64,000 nt of DNA from Lepidodermella squamata (lineage: Eukaryota; Animalia; Gastrotricha): NCBI GenBank assembly GCA_047495785.1, contig JBLDXI010000016.1, positions 248,001 through 312,000 on the forward strand. The letters are read 5' to 3'. The translations under genes and the position numbers were made by a program. Positions 37,174-50,247 of this stretch are shown here, piece after piece (within the stretch, counting starts at the first letter, position 1; every line of letters starts with the position of its first letter). The notes beneath the pieces were generated by a model that was given only the letters and a program-made list of their open reading frames with translations, had not been told where the DNA came from and ran no database searches.

Positions 37174-38668
37174 ATGCAGTATTTAGCCACCCTAGTAGTT
37201 GTAGTAGCAACTTTCACAGCTCACATCGCTGCGCAAAGCACAGCACGCAATGCTACATCGAAACTCTTAGGATCGCCGTGCAAAGTCGCGCAGGGTAGCA
37301 ATGCTGGTTGTGGCAATAACGCGAATTGCACCTCTATTTCAATCGGGACGAACCGAACTGGTCTAGGCGAGTGTTGGTGCAAATCGAACGTCTACCGCCA
37401 ACCAGCCGCGCTACCTCAGTGGGCTCAACCGGCCGCGCAGCGAACCTTGGGAAATCGATTTTGGTCCGATTGTCTCTCGATTCTTCGAGTTGGCGATGCT
37501 TGCCCGATTGAGACTCCGCCAGATGGTGACGATCATGGGGCTAACGTTTTGCTGGCTGATGGTGCTCAATGTGGCTATGACGGCTATGTCGAATGCAAAC
37601 CAGGCCGCGTTCGGAAAAGCGAGCTGGAATGCGTCCCTGAGGGTCAACTAGACGCAGCTTCGTTCGGCGAAGCTTGTTCCGATAGATCTTGCGATTCCTC
37701 AAAAGGGCTCCAGTGCAAGAATGATCCCAACGGCGGAGATCCGTCCTGTCAATGTTCGTCTGGGACTTGGCGAGATGGCAGTTGCTCCGGAACGCGTGAG
37801 TTACACCAATTTCCTACTCAACATTTGTCCTAAATTGTTTCTTAAACTCAGCTTCTGACGGAGACACTTGCTACTACGATTCGGACTGTAACTCTCAGGC
37901 TAGAGACTCAAGCGGCCTGACTGTTCCACTTGTGTGCGCGGCTAGTGCCTCAGACTACAACTCAGGTTCAGGGACTTGCCGTTGCCCGACTGAATCTTCC
38001 GGGCTGGGTTATGCTATTCTGGCCCCGTACGTTGTCCCCAACGCCAAAGTTGCGAAGCCGAAGAATGGTAAAGCCGGCGGAGAATTGGTCATTGTTCCCG
38101 TTAGATTCAACACAACAAAGGAGAGAGTCCCACAAGTCGCTTCATGGTGCCTTGGTAAGTAGGAATTTCTGAAACTCGATCAGCTAAATGATAGAAAATT
38201 AATAAATTTGCAGATGGAGCTGTCTATAAATTCATCCCTCAAAATTATTTGGCCGCCTGCGATTTGGACCCTTACACCGTTGATAACGGCCAATTCCGCT
38301 ACTGCATCAACGAACTGGTCTGCCTTCACTTCCCGGTAGCTGATGACGATATCTCAACCGCCGGTCGTTGCGTGCCTCTCGATCCTAAGGACGGACGCTG
38401 GGTTGGCCAGGACAAATACGCCCGAACAAGCAGTGGCAGCAGCAGCAGCAGCGGTAGAAGCGCTGATACTGTTCGAGGAATTAGCAGTGACTACAGCAGT
38501 GGAAGCAGCGGCAGCGGCTCGTCGAGACGTTCATCAAATTCATCCAACTACACGACTTCCTACGACTACTCCACCACTCAATACTCGATTAGAGCATCAG
38601 CTGGAATGCTGAATCAAAACACCCTCTTCACCTTTTTCTCGTTCTTCTTTGTTTCGATGAAGTTGTAA
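37174..38668 (+). CDS. Cys-rich EB-like secreted protein with Ser-rich stalk and GPI-like tail; three exons
   Basis: Signal MQYLATLVVVVATFTAHIAA, G.CWC, FW.DC..IL..G..C, SFGEAC...CD...L.C, Ser/Gly stalk, hydrophobic end LFTFFSFFFVSMKL*. Confidence 0.82.
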
Positions 38669-38900
38669 AAATGTGCCTTTAATTTGCCGTATTGTAGTTT
38701 ACATACATATAATTGTAATAAATGATTCATCTCGAACTGAGCGACTGAGCAAACTTATGTGTGTGAGTATGCTACTAATGTTTACTTTTCTGAAAAAAGT
38801 AAGAAAGTTAATAAATTGAAAATTCAAATAAGCAAACATCGGTGCATTTCATAACGTGGGAGTATAAATATGGGTGAATTTTCGGTAATTTTTCGACAAA

Positions 38901-40136
38901 ATGTTCAGATTTCTAGCGATCCTCTCGCTTTTCGTATGCTACTGTGCCGCCCAAAACCGGGGGCCTAAAATGATAGGCCAGGGCTGTCGGCTTACGAACT
39001 CAACGCAATGTGGCCGCAATACGAAATGCATCGCGATTCCTAACTGCAGCAAATCGACAGGCTTCGGCGTTTGCTGGTGCAACCCAGGCTACGTCCAACC
39101 TACCAGCCTTTACCCGTATCAACGGCTGTCATTGATGGACGAAATGGGCGATGCGTTTTGGACGGATTGCGTACCCATTCTCAAATTGGGCGCTTCTTGC
39201 ACTCCGAATAACCAAAGCCAAGTCTACCCTGAATTCGCATCTTGCACGGTAAATGGGACGGTTGAGTGTAACTACGGTTACAAAGTTGACGCTGGTGGCT
39301 GCATTCGGGAGAACGCGGCAAGGCGGTCGTTTGGTGAAGAGTGCACCTTGGATGTTCAGTGCGATCAGGCGCGTGATCTGAAGTGCCTACCTGGAATCAA
39401 GGATATCAAGCCAACAAAATGTGGGTGCGTCACTGGGCAATGGAAGGATGGAAAATGCTCACAGGGTAAATTTTAGGAAATCCTCCTTAAACTCTAAAAA
39501 CTTTCGATTCTTCAGCGAAATTATTCGAAAACTGCACCAGGGACTCGGACTGTAACCTTCAGAGCTACCAACACGGCAAATCAATGCCTAGATGCATGAA
39601 AGAAATTAGGAGGAACAATACAGTTTGCACATGTGGCTCGCCCTTGAGTTTCACCTCGGTTCCATACATCTACCCTACTACGAAAATCTACCTGAATGTC
39701 ACTTCGAATTCGGACGACCACATTTGGACGCGAACTGTGCCTGTGAGTATGCGGCTTAACCTGGACAATTCTGAGAATTTGCGAGTTCGGAATTGGTGCA
39801 TAGATATAGGTAATTTTTCATCTTTGACCTTGATCACTCTTTTGACCTAGTTTACGGGACAGGTTACGATGATTTCGATACTATGTCACGGCAGCAGGGT
39901 CAGGCGTGTACTTTGGATCTTCCAAGAGCAGCTCCTGAGTTACCAATCGATAGGACAGTGAAGGTTTGTGGTCAGAACTTGATTTGCCACTATTGCCCTA
40001 CAAGCGAGGATTACGCCGAGGAGATGGGTCGATGTGTTAGCTACTCATGGACTATGCCAGCTAAAGATTCTTATACGTAAGATTTTTTACCCTTTTTACT
40101 CTGCTAATCTCATTGTCGCCATATTTCAGGTTTTAA
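38901..40136 (+). CDS. Tandem paralogue of the 37174 gene lacking stalk and anchor; four exons
   Basis: Signal MFRFLAILSLFVCYCAA, same Cys scaffold and intron positions. Last exon inferred as ..KDSYT|F*. TATAAA at about 38863. Confidence 0.78.
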
Positions 40137-40247
40137 GTCAAACTCATCAGAAAAGGATTGCTGTTTCGGAAGAATGAACTTTAACGCAATAATGATGAAT
40201 CAGCGTATTCTTAATAAAAACTGAGGAGTTCTAGATATATGTTGTTC

Positions 40248-42730
40248 TCACAGCAGAAGAATTCGTCCAAGGGCTTCGACGAACCCATTCAGAACAGTTT
40301 CGCTGAGCCTTGAATTGCCTTTGATCAGAAAATCAATCGCTTTTTGGGCCACAAATTCCCAGGCGATCTCGCGATCAGGGAATTGAAGGCGGAATGCTGA
40401 GATAGCTGCAATTGTCGCAAGTTCTTGATCACTTGTTTTCAGCAGCTCTGAAATTCCAGCCTCAGTTGATGCCTTCGAGGCCAAGATATTTCGGAAGTTT
40501 TCCAAGGCAGGTAAAGCCGGTGAATTTATTGCTTGAACCAGGGCCGAATCCAGCTTCCAGGAGCCTTCAAAGTTCTGGAGGCGAACCAACTCATCAAACT
40601 TGCTTTGAGCTCGGATGCCGATACTTGCCCTATCAGTACCGAAATTCGGATCTTGGCCGTCGTTCCTAGCATAGCATACTCCATTTCCTACAGGTCTACC
40701 GCTTGAAGTATCAACCGCAACTAAAGCAGTGAACTCGCATAGCACCCCAGAATCGAGTGATAAGGCGATTGCAGTTTGTTTTGCCTGTTCGTTTTTAAGA
40801 ATGTTATACTCGTCAACAAGTTCCAAAAGGCGAGCTTTTGCTGCTAAGCGGTGAAGAGGCATAGGGTCTAACGGGGCTGAAACAACCTCTCCAGGGCAGT
40901 TGAAGCTCATACTTGAGTCCAGAGTTTTATCCTCAACTGTTCCAGATAGTCGGACATTACCAGCTATAGTCATGTCATCACCTTGTCGGTAGATCATAGC
41001 AAATTGGTTCATTCTACGGCCTGACAGTGAGGATAAGGGGATGTTTGTTGGCGTCACAGGTCCAGTCCACGCTGGAGCGTCCACATTCCATCTCACGTTG
41101 ACATTATCGATACTTGGCCCCATAGCAAAGCTCAGAAGACCCATGACCTTATCCTGCAGCCTGTAGAGGCTCGAACTCGTAACTCGGTCTGTTGCCCCGT
41201 TCGAGGCTCTGGCTACTCCTTCGAGCAGAGCGCTATCCGCTCCATTGCCGATGCCGAGAGAGAATACTTTGGTGTTCGCAGCGTTTTTCCCAACTAGGGC
41301 GATGACTTCATCGGTATTACTGACTTCGCCATCGGTTAGCAAGAAGATGTATCGGCGATTTGGCGGGCTGATTGGTTTGCTGTAGATGTATTCAAGTGGT
41401 GGTATCATTTCGGTTCCGCCCCAAATGTCGGCTCTCATGCGAGGGATTTCGTCCATGGCTGTTTGGTAGCTTGCTTGGTTCAATGGCACAGCCCTAAAGA
41501 CAAATTTTGATTAAAGGAAAGGAAGTGAACCAAATTACTTACCCTCCCTCAAACAAAGGCACAAAGCCCCTTGTGATATTCGCGAATCCTCCAAATCCTA
41601 CCACGTTGAACCGGCTATTCGCTGGGAGACTTTTGATGAAAAGCACCAAAGCTTGTTTAGCAGCCTCAATCCTCTGCCCATTGTCTTCATCCGTCATAGA
41701 CCGAGATCTATCTAGGACAAACCAGTATTCATCCGAATAGGACGTATTCGATAGGACTTTCGCCATAAAGGAATCAAACCAAAGAGCTGCCACTGAATAC
41801 TGATTCCAGTTTAAACCAGAACTTGAAGCAGGACCTGGTACCCCTGGCTCGATATAAACAGCCGGCTGTAAACATGAGGCGATATCAACTAAGAGGGAAA
41901 AGTCATGGTCTTGGACGTAAGGATTGATCAAGTTGAAGGTAGCCTTCTGTCGGCCTCTGTTGATTTGAACGTCCAGGCGATCTCTAGTAGATTCAGCCCC
42001 AATCGACGTGATTTGCCCAACACCGCCCAGATCGACCTTCCCCTTGAAGGTTAGCTGGTAGTTCTGCTCCGAGTAACCAACCCAAGATGACCTCAGGTGG
42101 AATTGCTGTTTCATGAGGTAAGGATCGCGAAGTCCTGCGCCGGTCACGTGACGAGGGCAAAGAACTATAGGAATTGTGAATGACAATACTCCCGTCCTTC
42201 TATCGCGTTCAACTGGCTGGGCGTAGCCGATGGTTACTTTCACAACCTGGTTGGACGGTAGATTGCCAATCAAAAGCCGATACACTGCTGCATCGTCCAT
42301 TTGGTTCTCGAGTAGGAAAGATCTCATTCCTGAGTCTCGGGCGTTCCTAAGATACGTTCGTAGAACAAATGGGGTGATAAGGACGAAAAGCTTACTGATA
42401 CAGTTGTTCGGCCTGATTTCTCTCCATAACTCGTCCAGCAATGATTCTTCCCGATACATTAGCCTCTAGTTTGTAAACGGCCGCCGTAGCATCGATTGGG
42501 AAAACAAACTCACTCTCGACAGATTGGGGCTGCTTGTTGATGTACGTCAACTCAGCCATAACCCCAACAGCCCAACCTTTCACATCTAGATTGATGGTAA
42601 CGGATTGAAGAGGCAGGGGAAGGACATTGCCATTTGAAAGCCGGCGTAGCAAACCAGCATACCAAGCATTGGGCCCACCTTCAGCCTGAACAAGTGGCAA
42701 GATCGCAATTAAGATTGCTGCAACTCTCAT
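40248..42730 (-). CDS. VIT-vWA protein (VWA5A/BCSC-1-like) with an N-terminal signal peptide; three exons
   Basis: VIT: LTYIN..VESEFVFPID..AVY..IGNLP. vWA: FVLDRSRSM, FNVVGFG, GGTE, FLLTDGEV, FSLGIG. C-terminal LHRLAAK, FTALVAV, LQNFEGSW, WEFVAQKA. Confidence 0.9.
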
Positions 42731-42991
42731 TTTCTTGTAATGAGCTAGTTCACTTCAAATTTCGTGTTTGGCTCCTGTTCAGTTCCTCATTAATGAATCA
42801 GCATGAGTGTCGAGGGTCTGCTGTTTGTTTTTCCCCCACACACGTTGAAAAAACTCAGTCACGATTCCAATTAAATAGTTTACTTAAGGCTGAAGTGTAT
42901 AGCATTTTTCAGACTTTGAGTCTGCAATGAATCAAAAGGCGTAGTACAAAATATGGCAGTGTGTCAATCAGGAATTTCCATGAACAGTCAT

Positions 42992-44556
42992 TCAATTGGT
43001 ATAGTCAGGCGAACGAGCTTGTTCCAAGAAGGCAGCAACCTCTGTGTAACCCCTCTGCTGGGCAATTTTCGTTGCAGTGAGGCCAGTCGACTGTGGCTGA
43101 TCGACACTAGCTCCACCTTGCACCAACAACTTGGCCATATTGAGATTTCCGTTATAAGCTGCGAAAATCAGGGCTGTATCGCGACTTCTCGTTGTAGCCG
43201 CGTTCGGGTTAGCGCCGTAGTACAGCAGAAGTTGGACAATTCGACCTTGGCCGGCCCTGGAAGCCCAGATTAAGGCAGTTCCGCCGTCGGAATCGCGGTC
43301 TTCCAATGGAGCGCCGTTTTCAGCTAGAACTTGAACGGCTTGACGGTTTCCGCCGCATGAGGCACAGATCAAGGGGGTAGCGTCGCGGTAAGAGCAGCAT
43401 AAGGGTGTTCTTGCGTAAACCAGATTTCCGTCACCCTGGATCAGCTCCAGGACCCTGGCATTATCCGATTGATTGATAGCGAGGAATAACTGAGCATCGC
43501 TTGGCAGATCGTACGAAGCGGCAGTGGCTTTGAAGATAAGAAAATTGATATTATAATTAAGAAAAATATATTTAACTGGTCTGTAAGGTGATAGATTTAT
43601 CTCAATTCCAAATGGCCAAAATGGACGGTTAGCGAAATTTTCAGGGAAGGGAGAACAAACGTTCAAATACCTAAATCTTAAAGCTTGAGGCTTGAGGATA
43701 GAAGTTAGAAACAAAATATCAAACGCCTCGTTAAGAATTCGGAGTTCAAGCTCTGTGGCCCCTGTGGTTCCAAAGAAGTGAAATTCCTATTGAAAGTTCC
43801 GTATCCAAAAAATTCCCCAAGAGGAAAATTGAACTTGTAACAATTTTAAGAGAAAATTAAGTTAACGAAATACCAACGTTCTCACTCAATTTAAAGTTGA
43901 AGTGGAGTAACCGCTAGGAGACTCAGATTTCTTTTCAAGTTACGTCTTGTATTGTTCAACTTACTTGTCCCCAACAGGTTCTCGAAGTACATGATAACTG
44001 CAACGTATCCGCGAGCTTTGGCAATGTCGTAGGCCGTCAATCCAGCACCCTGCCGAAAGTTGACATCAGCCCCAGCTTCGACCAGCCTCCGAACAACATA
44101 CACATACCCACCATTAGCTGCAAATGTCAAAGCTGTGTCGTTGAAGTTCGTAGTCGCAGCATTGACATTGGCGCCATTCTTCAACAACGTATCAACTGCG
44201 CCGAATTTACCAACCCTAGCAGCTCGAATCAAGGCGGTAGCTCCATCGCCATCTCTAGCCTCAAGGTTCGCCCCGTAGTCGACTAGGAGCTTGATTGAAG
44301 TCGGGTTCCCGATACAGGACGCGCAGACAATGGCAGGGGTGTCCCTTAGATCGCAGCAGAACCGAGTTACAGCATTTGCCAAGGTTGGATTCGTTGATAG
44401 GAATATCTTCATTTGATCGGTGTTGTTGGCCTTGACAGCGGCGAAGAACGATTCGGCAGTTGTGCTAGCAGATGGCCTGGCAGGTGCTATTATCTGTAGT
44501 TGGGCTGATGTATAGCCGACAATCACAGCCAGGGTGAAAGCTGTGAGCTTTAACAT
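42992..44556 (-). CDS. Secreted ankyrin-repeat protein with two duplicated ANK modules (exon 44556-43965; exon 43527-42992; possible 28-nt middle exon)
   Basis: Signal MLKLTAFTLAVIVGYTSA. Repeats GATALIRAA, DTALTFAA, GLTA in both ORFs. Phase-1 donor (A|gtaagt) is compatible with the phase-1 acceptor (aag|CC). Confidence 0.78.
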
Positions 44557-45199
44557 GATTGTAATTTGATGTGTTCACGCCAAGTTGGGGATTAGCAAAA
44601 TGACACTGCTTGTAGGGTTGTGATATAATTGAGTTGAGAATGAACTCGCCGCGTGCTAATGTCGACGCATCGTCGACTGCCGGACCGCAAAAAAACTTGT
44701 TTTTTTTCTGATTATACAACAACTCATACTACAGCTAGACATTTCTTTGTATTTTTTCCAGCCAGCCGTTTTTTTGTTAGCGTTGGTGAAGTTGAGGCGT
44801 TCAAATGATGAAGTGAGAGTATATTTACGTACGCTTTTTGCCACATGTTTACATTATAGCATGGCAATGACCAACCAATTTACACACTGTGGCACTGAGA
44901 GCGAAGTACCGCTAGGGATGGTAGGGATCATCCCAGCCAATTCAATCGGTCCGCAAGGTGGAAGGCTAAAGGGTCGATTTTCCTTATCCTAACCAGTTCT
45001 GCTGTCAAACTTCGCTCTCTGGCGTTTCCCTTTGGCTTGATGATTCATAAGAATGCAGCTCTCTGATCTTCGACAATACCTATATTAATCGGAACGTTAA
45101 AGTGAGCTTGGAGAGTTTGGTCAAGGTTCGGGTACAGCCTTGAGTAAAATCACGAAATTCCACGTGGCTACGTCTTGAACGATACTGTACTCTGATAAA

Positions 45200-45852
45200 A
45201 CGGTGGGGCAAAATGGGGCTTAAGCGCGCCGCATGCGCGCGACGGGTGGGTGTGCAAACAAAGAGGCGCAAGGCGCGCACCTTGAACGGTAAAACGCTCC
45301 CCAAATACTAATGGCATTTTTCGATGCTTAAAACGAAATAATCGAGAATCAACCGGGTGGTTAGGGAGCACCCAGGCGCCAAAAAATCACCCTTTTAGGG
45401 TGCCTCATCCTATAAGTACAGGGAATAGCGTCACAAATGAAGCCGATTTTCTCGCTGGGTGATTTTTTCTGGACCGGCGCTTGTTACCTGCCATCTAAGT
45501 TAGGCCTTCAGCTATCTAACGACATAAAATAATCGAGAATCAACCGGGTGGTTAGGGAGCACCCAGGCGCCAAAAAATCACCATTTTAGGGTGCCTCATT
45601 CTACCTTGTAGTCACCTTGTTTTTTGGCGGTTCAAGTATTGCCTTTAAAAATATTTATATAGTTATAGTTATATAGTTATTTATTTTTATAGTTATAGTT
45701 AAATATATATGCTCTGAAATGTTGCTAACTCTTTGGGCAGTGTGTAGTGCTTGTTCCTAATCCGCACTACAGCGCGCTTGAGTGTCACCCGCCGCGCACC
45801 CGCCGCGCATTGCGTAACCTGGGGCGCTTTGGAGCAAAATGGGGCTCCTGTA
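45200..45852. repeat. Repeat-derived segment with a 73-bp direct repeat
   Basis: AAATAATCGAGAATCAACCGGGTGGTTAGGGAGCACCCAGGCGCC...GTGCCTCAT at about 45336 and 45527. GCAAAATGGGGCT at both about 45208 and 45834. Confidence 0.65.
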
Positions 45853-46397
45853 TCATAATATGATAAGTCATAAATTCTTGTTCAATTGTGTGGCTGGAAA
45901 CATATGTTCCAGTTCTATCATAGTGCCTTAAATGCTGTTACAAGAAGTCATCGTAAGAATTTGACCAAGATTTGCGAAAGTTCTCCACTCGGCGTTACTC
46001 TTAAGGATTATTCCGGGATTCGGATCGCGCACAGGTGACTTTAGATTCTCGCAATAGATTTCGAAGTCCGAGATGCCGTTTGAAAGTTGTTATTAAGACG
46101 AATCCTCAGGTGAAAACACCAGAATTTGAAAGGTCACAGAATTCAGAGGAGTTTTTAAAATCCATTCAATGTGAAAGAATTGCAAGAGCGTTTTTCTAAT
46201 TCGGGAGAGATGCGGTTGTAGCATATCAGTTGACAAGGAATGATCCTCTTGTGAAAGAATCTCGGCGAAAATTTTAACGAGGTGGCCTTTCAGGTCGAGA
46301 TACCCCGGCCAAGTTACCCAAATTTAGTCACATTATTTTTACAAATTTCAGAGTCGAGAAGGAACATCCTTAAATAACGCTATTATAATCCTAACTA

Positions 46398-47633
46398 CAG
46401 TGCTCCCTCGATATAAGCAAGGGGGCGGGATCCACGCGATTGCTCTTATCGAGGGTTGCTCTTATAGAGGGCTGTTAAAGAGCTAGCGATGAATCATAAG
46501 TGCGTCGCCAGGTTTTTTTCTCAGTTGCTAGGGCGACGTTGATTTTACTGGTTAGCCATATCCAAGATAATCCGGTGTTCATGTAATGATTTTCGAAGTG
46601 GTAGATAGTATTTGATATGCAAAGTTTGATCATTTGAATTCCAATTGTATTTTAAGCTGGCTGACATTTTTTAACATTTTTCTAACAATTTCTGAAAAAT
46701 ATTTCATCGAATAATTTCTTCATTTATGATCAGGACACTTCGGTTACGCGAATTTACCCAGCGATATTTGAGAGCCATTTAATTGGAATGCGATATTTTA
46801 ATTAAATTGATCCAAATTTGGAAATTTGAAGGTTAACAAAGCTTGAAAGCCTTCATTGGAATTAAATGTAGCAATTCCATTTGGTTCAAAGACAAACCAT
46901 GAATACACTAGCGGATAAGCGAACAATGTTAGGTAAAATTCGGCTAGGAGCCTGTGATGCCTAAAACCTATCCAAGGTTGAAACGCATCTTTTCTCATAA
47001 ATCCGTGACCAAAACTGAATGACTCTTGTTGGAAGTTTGCTTGAATCTTGAGTCGAAGCTGCATCCTAACTTTATTTTTTCAGAATTCTATTGAATTAAA
47101 ACAGATTCACGGCAATTCCTCGTAATGTGCTTTGATGGAATACAACAAGCTTGAATGCCACCTTTATCTGTTCTCAACACTTCGGCCAAACAGTAGATAA
47201 TCAGCGGTTTGCTTTTTATCGCTTTTTAAATCATTTTTCCTGACCCGTAGCGTAATCACTATCATTCTTTAAAAAATCTCATCAATGGCTAGTAGTAGTG
47301 TTTGTGAATGAAAAAATACGAGAGAGCAAACGCGCGCACACGATCTCAAAATTGAAGCCAGTGCTGAGATAAAAAACATCGATCTGTAAAGATGGAGATC
47401 AAGAGATCACGACGCGCCGCCGTCCAACTGAAAAATCCAAAAACGCCAGGAGCAGCGTTACAATTCCGTTGCTAACGTAAACAAATTCTTCATGTAAATT
47501 AAAAATTATCATGTAAAAAATGTTAATTTGTCGAAAAATAATTTTTTAACAAATAAAATCAACGGGATCCAAAAAAAGTTGCTAGTAGCGAGGGATTGCT
47601 CTTATCGGGGTTGCTTATATCGAGGGAGCACTG
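46398..47633. mobile_element. Tc1/mariner-pogo-type non-autonomous element
   Basis: TA|CAGTGCTCCCTCGATATAAGCAA ... TTGCTTATATCGAGGGAGCACTG|TA with subterminal TTGCTCTTATCG repeats. No intact transposase. Confidence 0.9.
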
Positions 47634-48209
47634 TATCAATTAAAAAACTAGAAAAATGTGGGAAAATCATCGATTATTTTATAATATAATTTCAGACTTT
47701 CAAATAAAGCATCTTTAATATCCGAGATCATGAATAATTTTTTCAACACATGGTCTTTTCTCGCCTTCGAATTTCCCAGTCCCAAGCATTTGCCGCCTTA
47801 AGTCTTAAGTGCTGTGATTGAAAAATCCTGAAGCTATTGAGCCGCAAGTCATCGCTGATGAGTGATGATAGCAGAGTGAAATTTGAGAGCTGCACTGAGC
47901 ATCAAATCAATGCGAGACGGTCATCATATCCGCAAACGCTATATACAACGCCGTCAATAAACATTATCATCACCGTGTGATGCTGTCAATTTTATGATAG
48001 TATCTTCACGCCGCCTTCGATATTTCAGCAGGAAATCAGCGGGCGAACAGCATTATAATATGAAGCACATGACTGTAATAATAATCTTCAACTCTACAGC
48101 TAATTAAAGTTCACGGATTTTTCACCACCCGATATATTTTTAACCCCGTGATTCTATAAATTCGAAGACTTATTTATTTTAAATTTTGACCCTCTTTTAG
48201 TATTAAAAA

Positions 48210-50010
48210 ATGGCCGCTGAGATCTACAAGATAACCGGCGAGGAGATTATAAGAAATGACCCAGATAAGGACAAATCGCTGATTCCCGTCGATTTGGCTG
48301 ATTTTTGCGCCGGCGGCGAGGGTAAAGTCATCGGCTTGTACTTCTCCGCGCATTGGTGTGGTCCGTGCCGCGAATTTACGCCCAAGTTGGCCAAGTTCTA
48401 TAAGAAAGTCAACGAGGATGCTGGTTCGCAGATTTTTGAAATTATCTACGTCAGCTGCGATCGCGATGATAAGACGTTTTACAACTACTACTCGACCATG
48501 CCTTGGCTGGCTATGCCTTTTGGAATCGAAGAAGCTTCAGAGGTGAGTCTTTATTCTTTAAAATTCGAAAAAGAAACCTTCAAATTTTTGTTTAAATGTT
48601 TAGAAAAATTAGCAGAAATGGGAAATTCTGCTAGACAAATCGGGCACGAAAAATTATCGATTGATGTTTATAACTTTTCAGGGGAATTTTTGGGTAAAAT
48701 TTTAAATTGGGAATCTCCCCACTTCCAGTGGCTCTCGGATTTTATTTGGCTTGGAACCTTTCTCTAACGAGATATAATTAAAATGATTGATTCTGATTTA
48801 ACCTTGGAAACATTCCCGTGAAACTAAACGGCTTGGATACCACGAAAACTGACATTTTCTGAAGAAAAGCAGCTTCGAGGATAGTTTCCTGTACCTTGAG
48901 CCTCTTAAGAAATAAAAAATCCGAATTGATTATGGGCCTTTGGTTAATTTTGTCCCTGCAAAGTTGGACGATAATTATATTTTGATATTTAAAGAAGGTC
49001 CATGATTAATCCTATTGTTATCCTGCTCGATAAAATAATGTGTAGTTCCTTCTTTCATTGATTCTTTCATTGGCGAATTCCGGACTTTTCATCGTTTGCG
49101 ACTGAAGCCTGATTTTGAACTTCGGCGAATTCCGAATCCTATCAACCGATAAATCAAAGTCGATGAGTAATATCTTACCCCTCATCAGAGTTCATCAACT
49201 AATAATTGTCGTAGCAGTATGCTCCTTTTTGCGTGGGAGAGGGCGGAGGGCGGATATGTCGGTGCAATTTGAGACTCGCCAAGCATTAAATCCGATTTCT
49301 TTAGGAAAAACCATCAACCCACTTGTATTATTTATTGCGTATTATAGCCCATTTTGTAGACGGCTTGGAAAAATTTTGAGATTTTCGCGTGTTGCGTCTC
49401 ATTTTCAGGTTTCAAGGCTACCTGGCCGGAATATTTCGAGATCTCAAGCCAAATGAAAGAATCGATTTGGAGCGAAAATTCTCGAATTTATGAATATAAT
49501 AGCTGGTTTCCTATTAAGTTGGATTTAATTAAACTGATGTCAATAGGCTTAAGATTCATGACCTCGCATTTTCTTTGCCGCCATTAATTCTCCCAAAATA
49601 TTGCCCCATATTTTCGTCGTGCAGCCATGATGACCTAAATACTGTCGAGTATTAGGCCAATTATGGAAAAGGGGTCAAGCAGCTCAAGGGTCATAGCACT
49701 TGTAAATTGTAATTCGAAAATTTCTTAATTTTCTTCCATTTTCCTGAATTTTGAGTTTTTATTCGAGCATTTTGTGGCACGAACTTTTAGGATCCAGCTG
49801 GAAAATAATTTTTTGATTTGTGTTTTATTATAGGCGACTGCCAAATTCGCTATCCGGTCTATTCCGGCCCTGGTTTTACTCGACGCTGCCACCGGCAAAG
49901 AAATCACCCGCCACGGCCGGGCTGAGGTTGAATGCGACCCGGATGGCACGAAATTTCCCTACCACAACAGCACACCGCCAAAAGTGTCCAGCTTCTCCTG
50001 CGCTATGTAG
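48210..50010 (+). CDS. Nucleoredoxin/tryparedoxin-like thioredoxin 1 (WCGPC); two exons
   Basis: [38 protein letters not shown]|1.3-kb intron|..IRSIPALVLLD..ITRHGR..FPY...FSCAM*. Confidence 0.9.
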
Positions 50011-50247
50011 ATACAATCCAGCTTAACAATCTGAAAATTCATTATTTTATTCGATATTCTAGCAGCTTTTTCTCGCGATAGAAAAATTGTTGAAAACACT
50101 TGTTGTATTGCATAATAAATCAGTGTTTATTGTGGCGCAATCTTGTTCTAATTGGGTTTGTCATTTCGACACGAAGAATTTCTGTCATTTTTCAGTTTTT
50201 TGTGTCAAAAACTTTTAGATCGATTCTGTTCACTCGTTGCTCTCAAA

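Noticed and set aside
46798-47064. Transposase remnant inside the TA-flanked element
   Set aside because: At most a faint CENP-B-like hint (LVYSWF); not enough to call.
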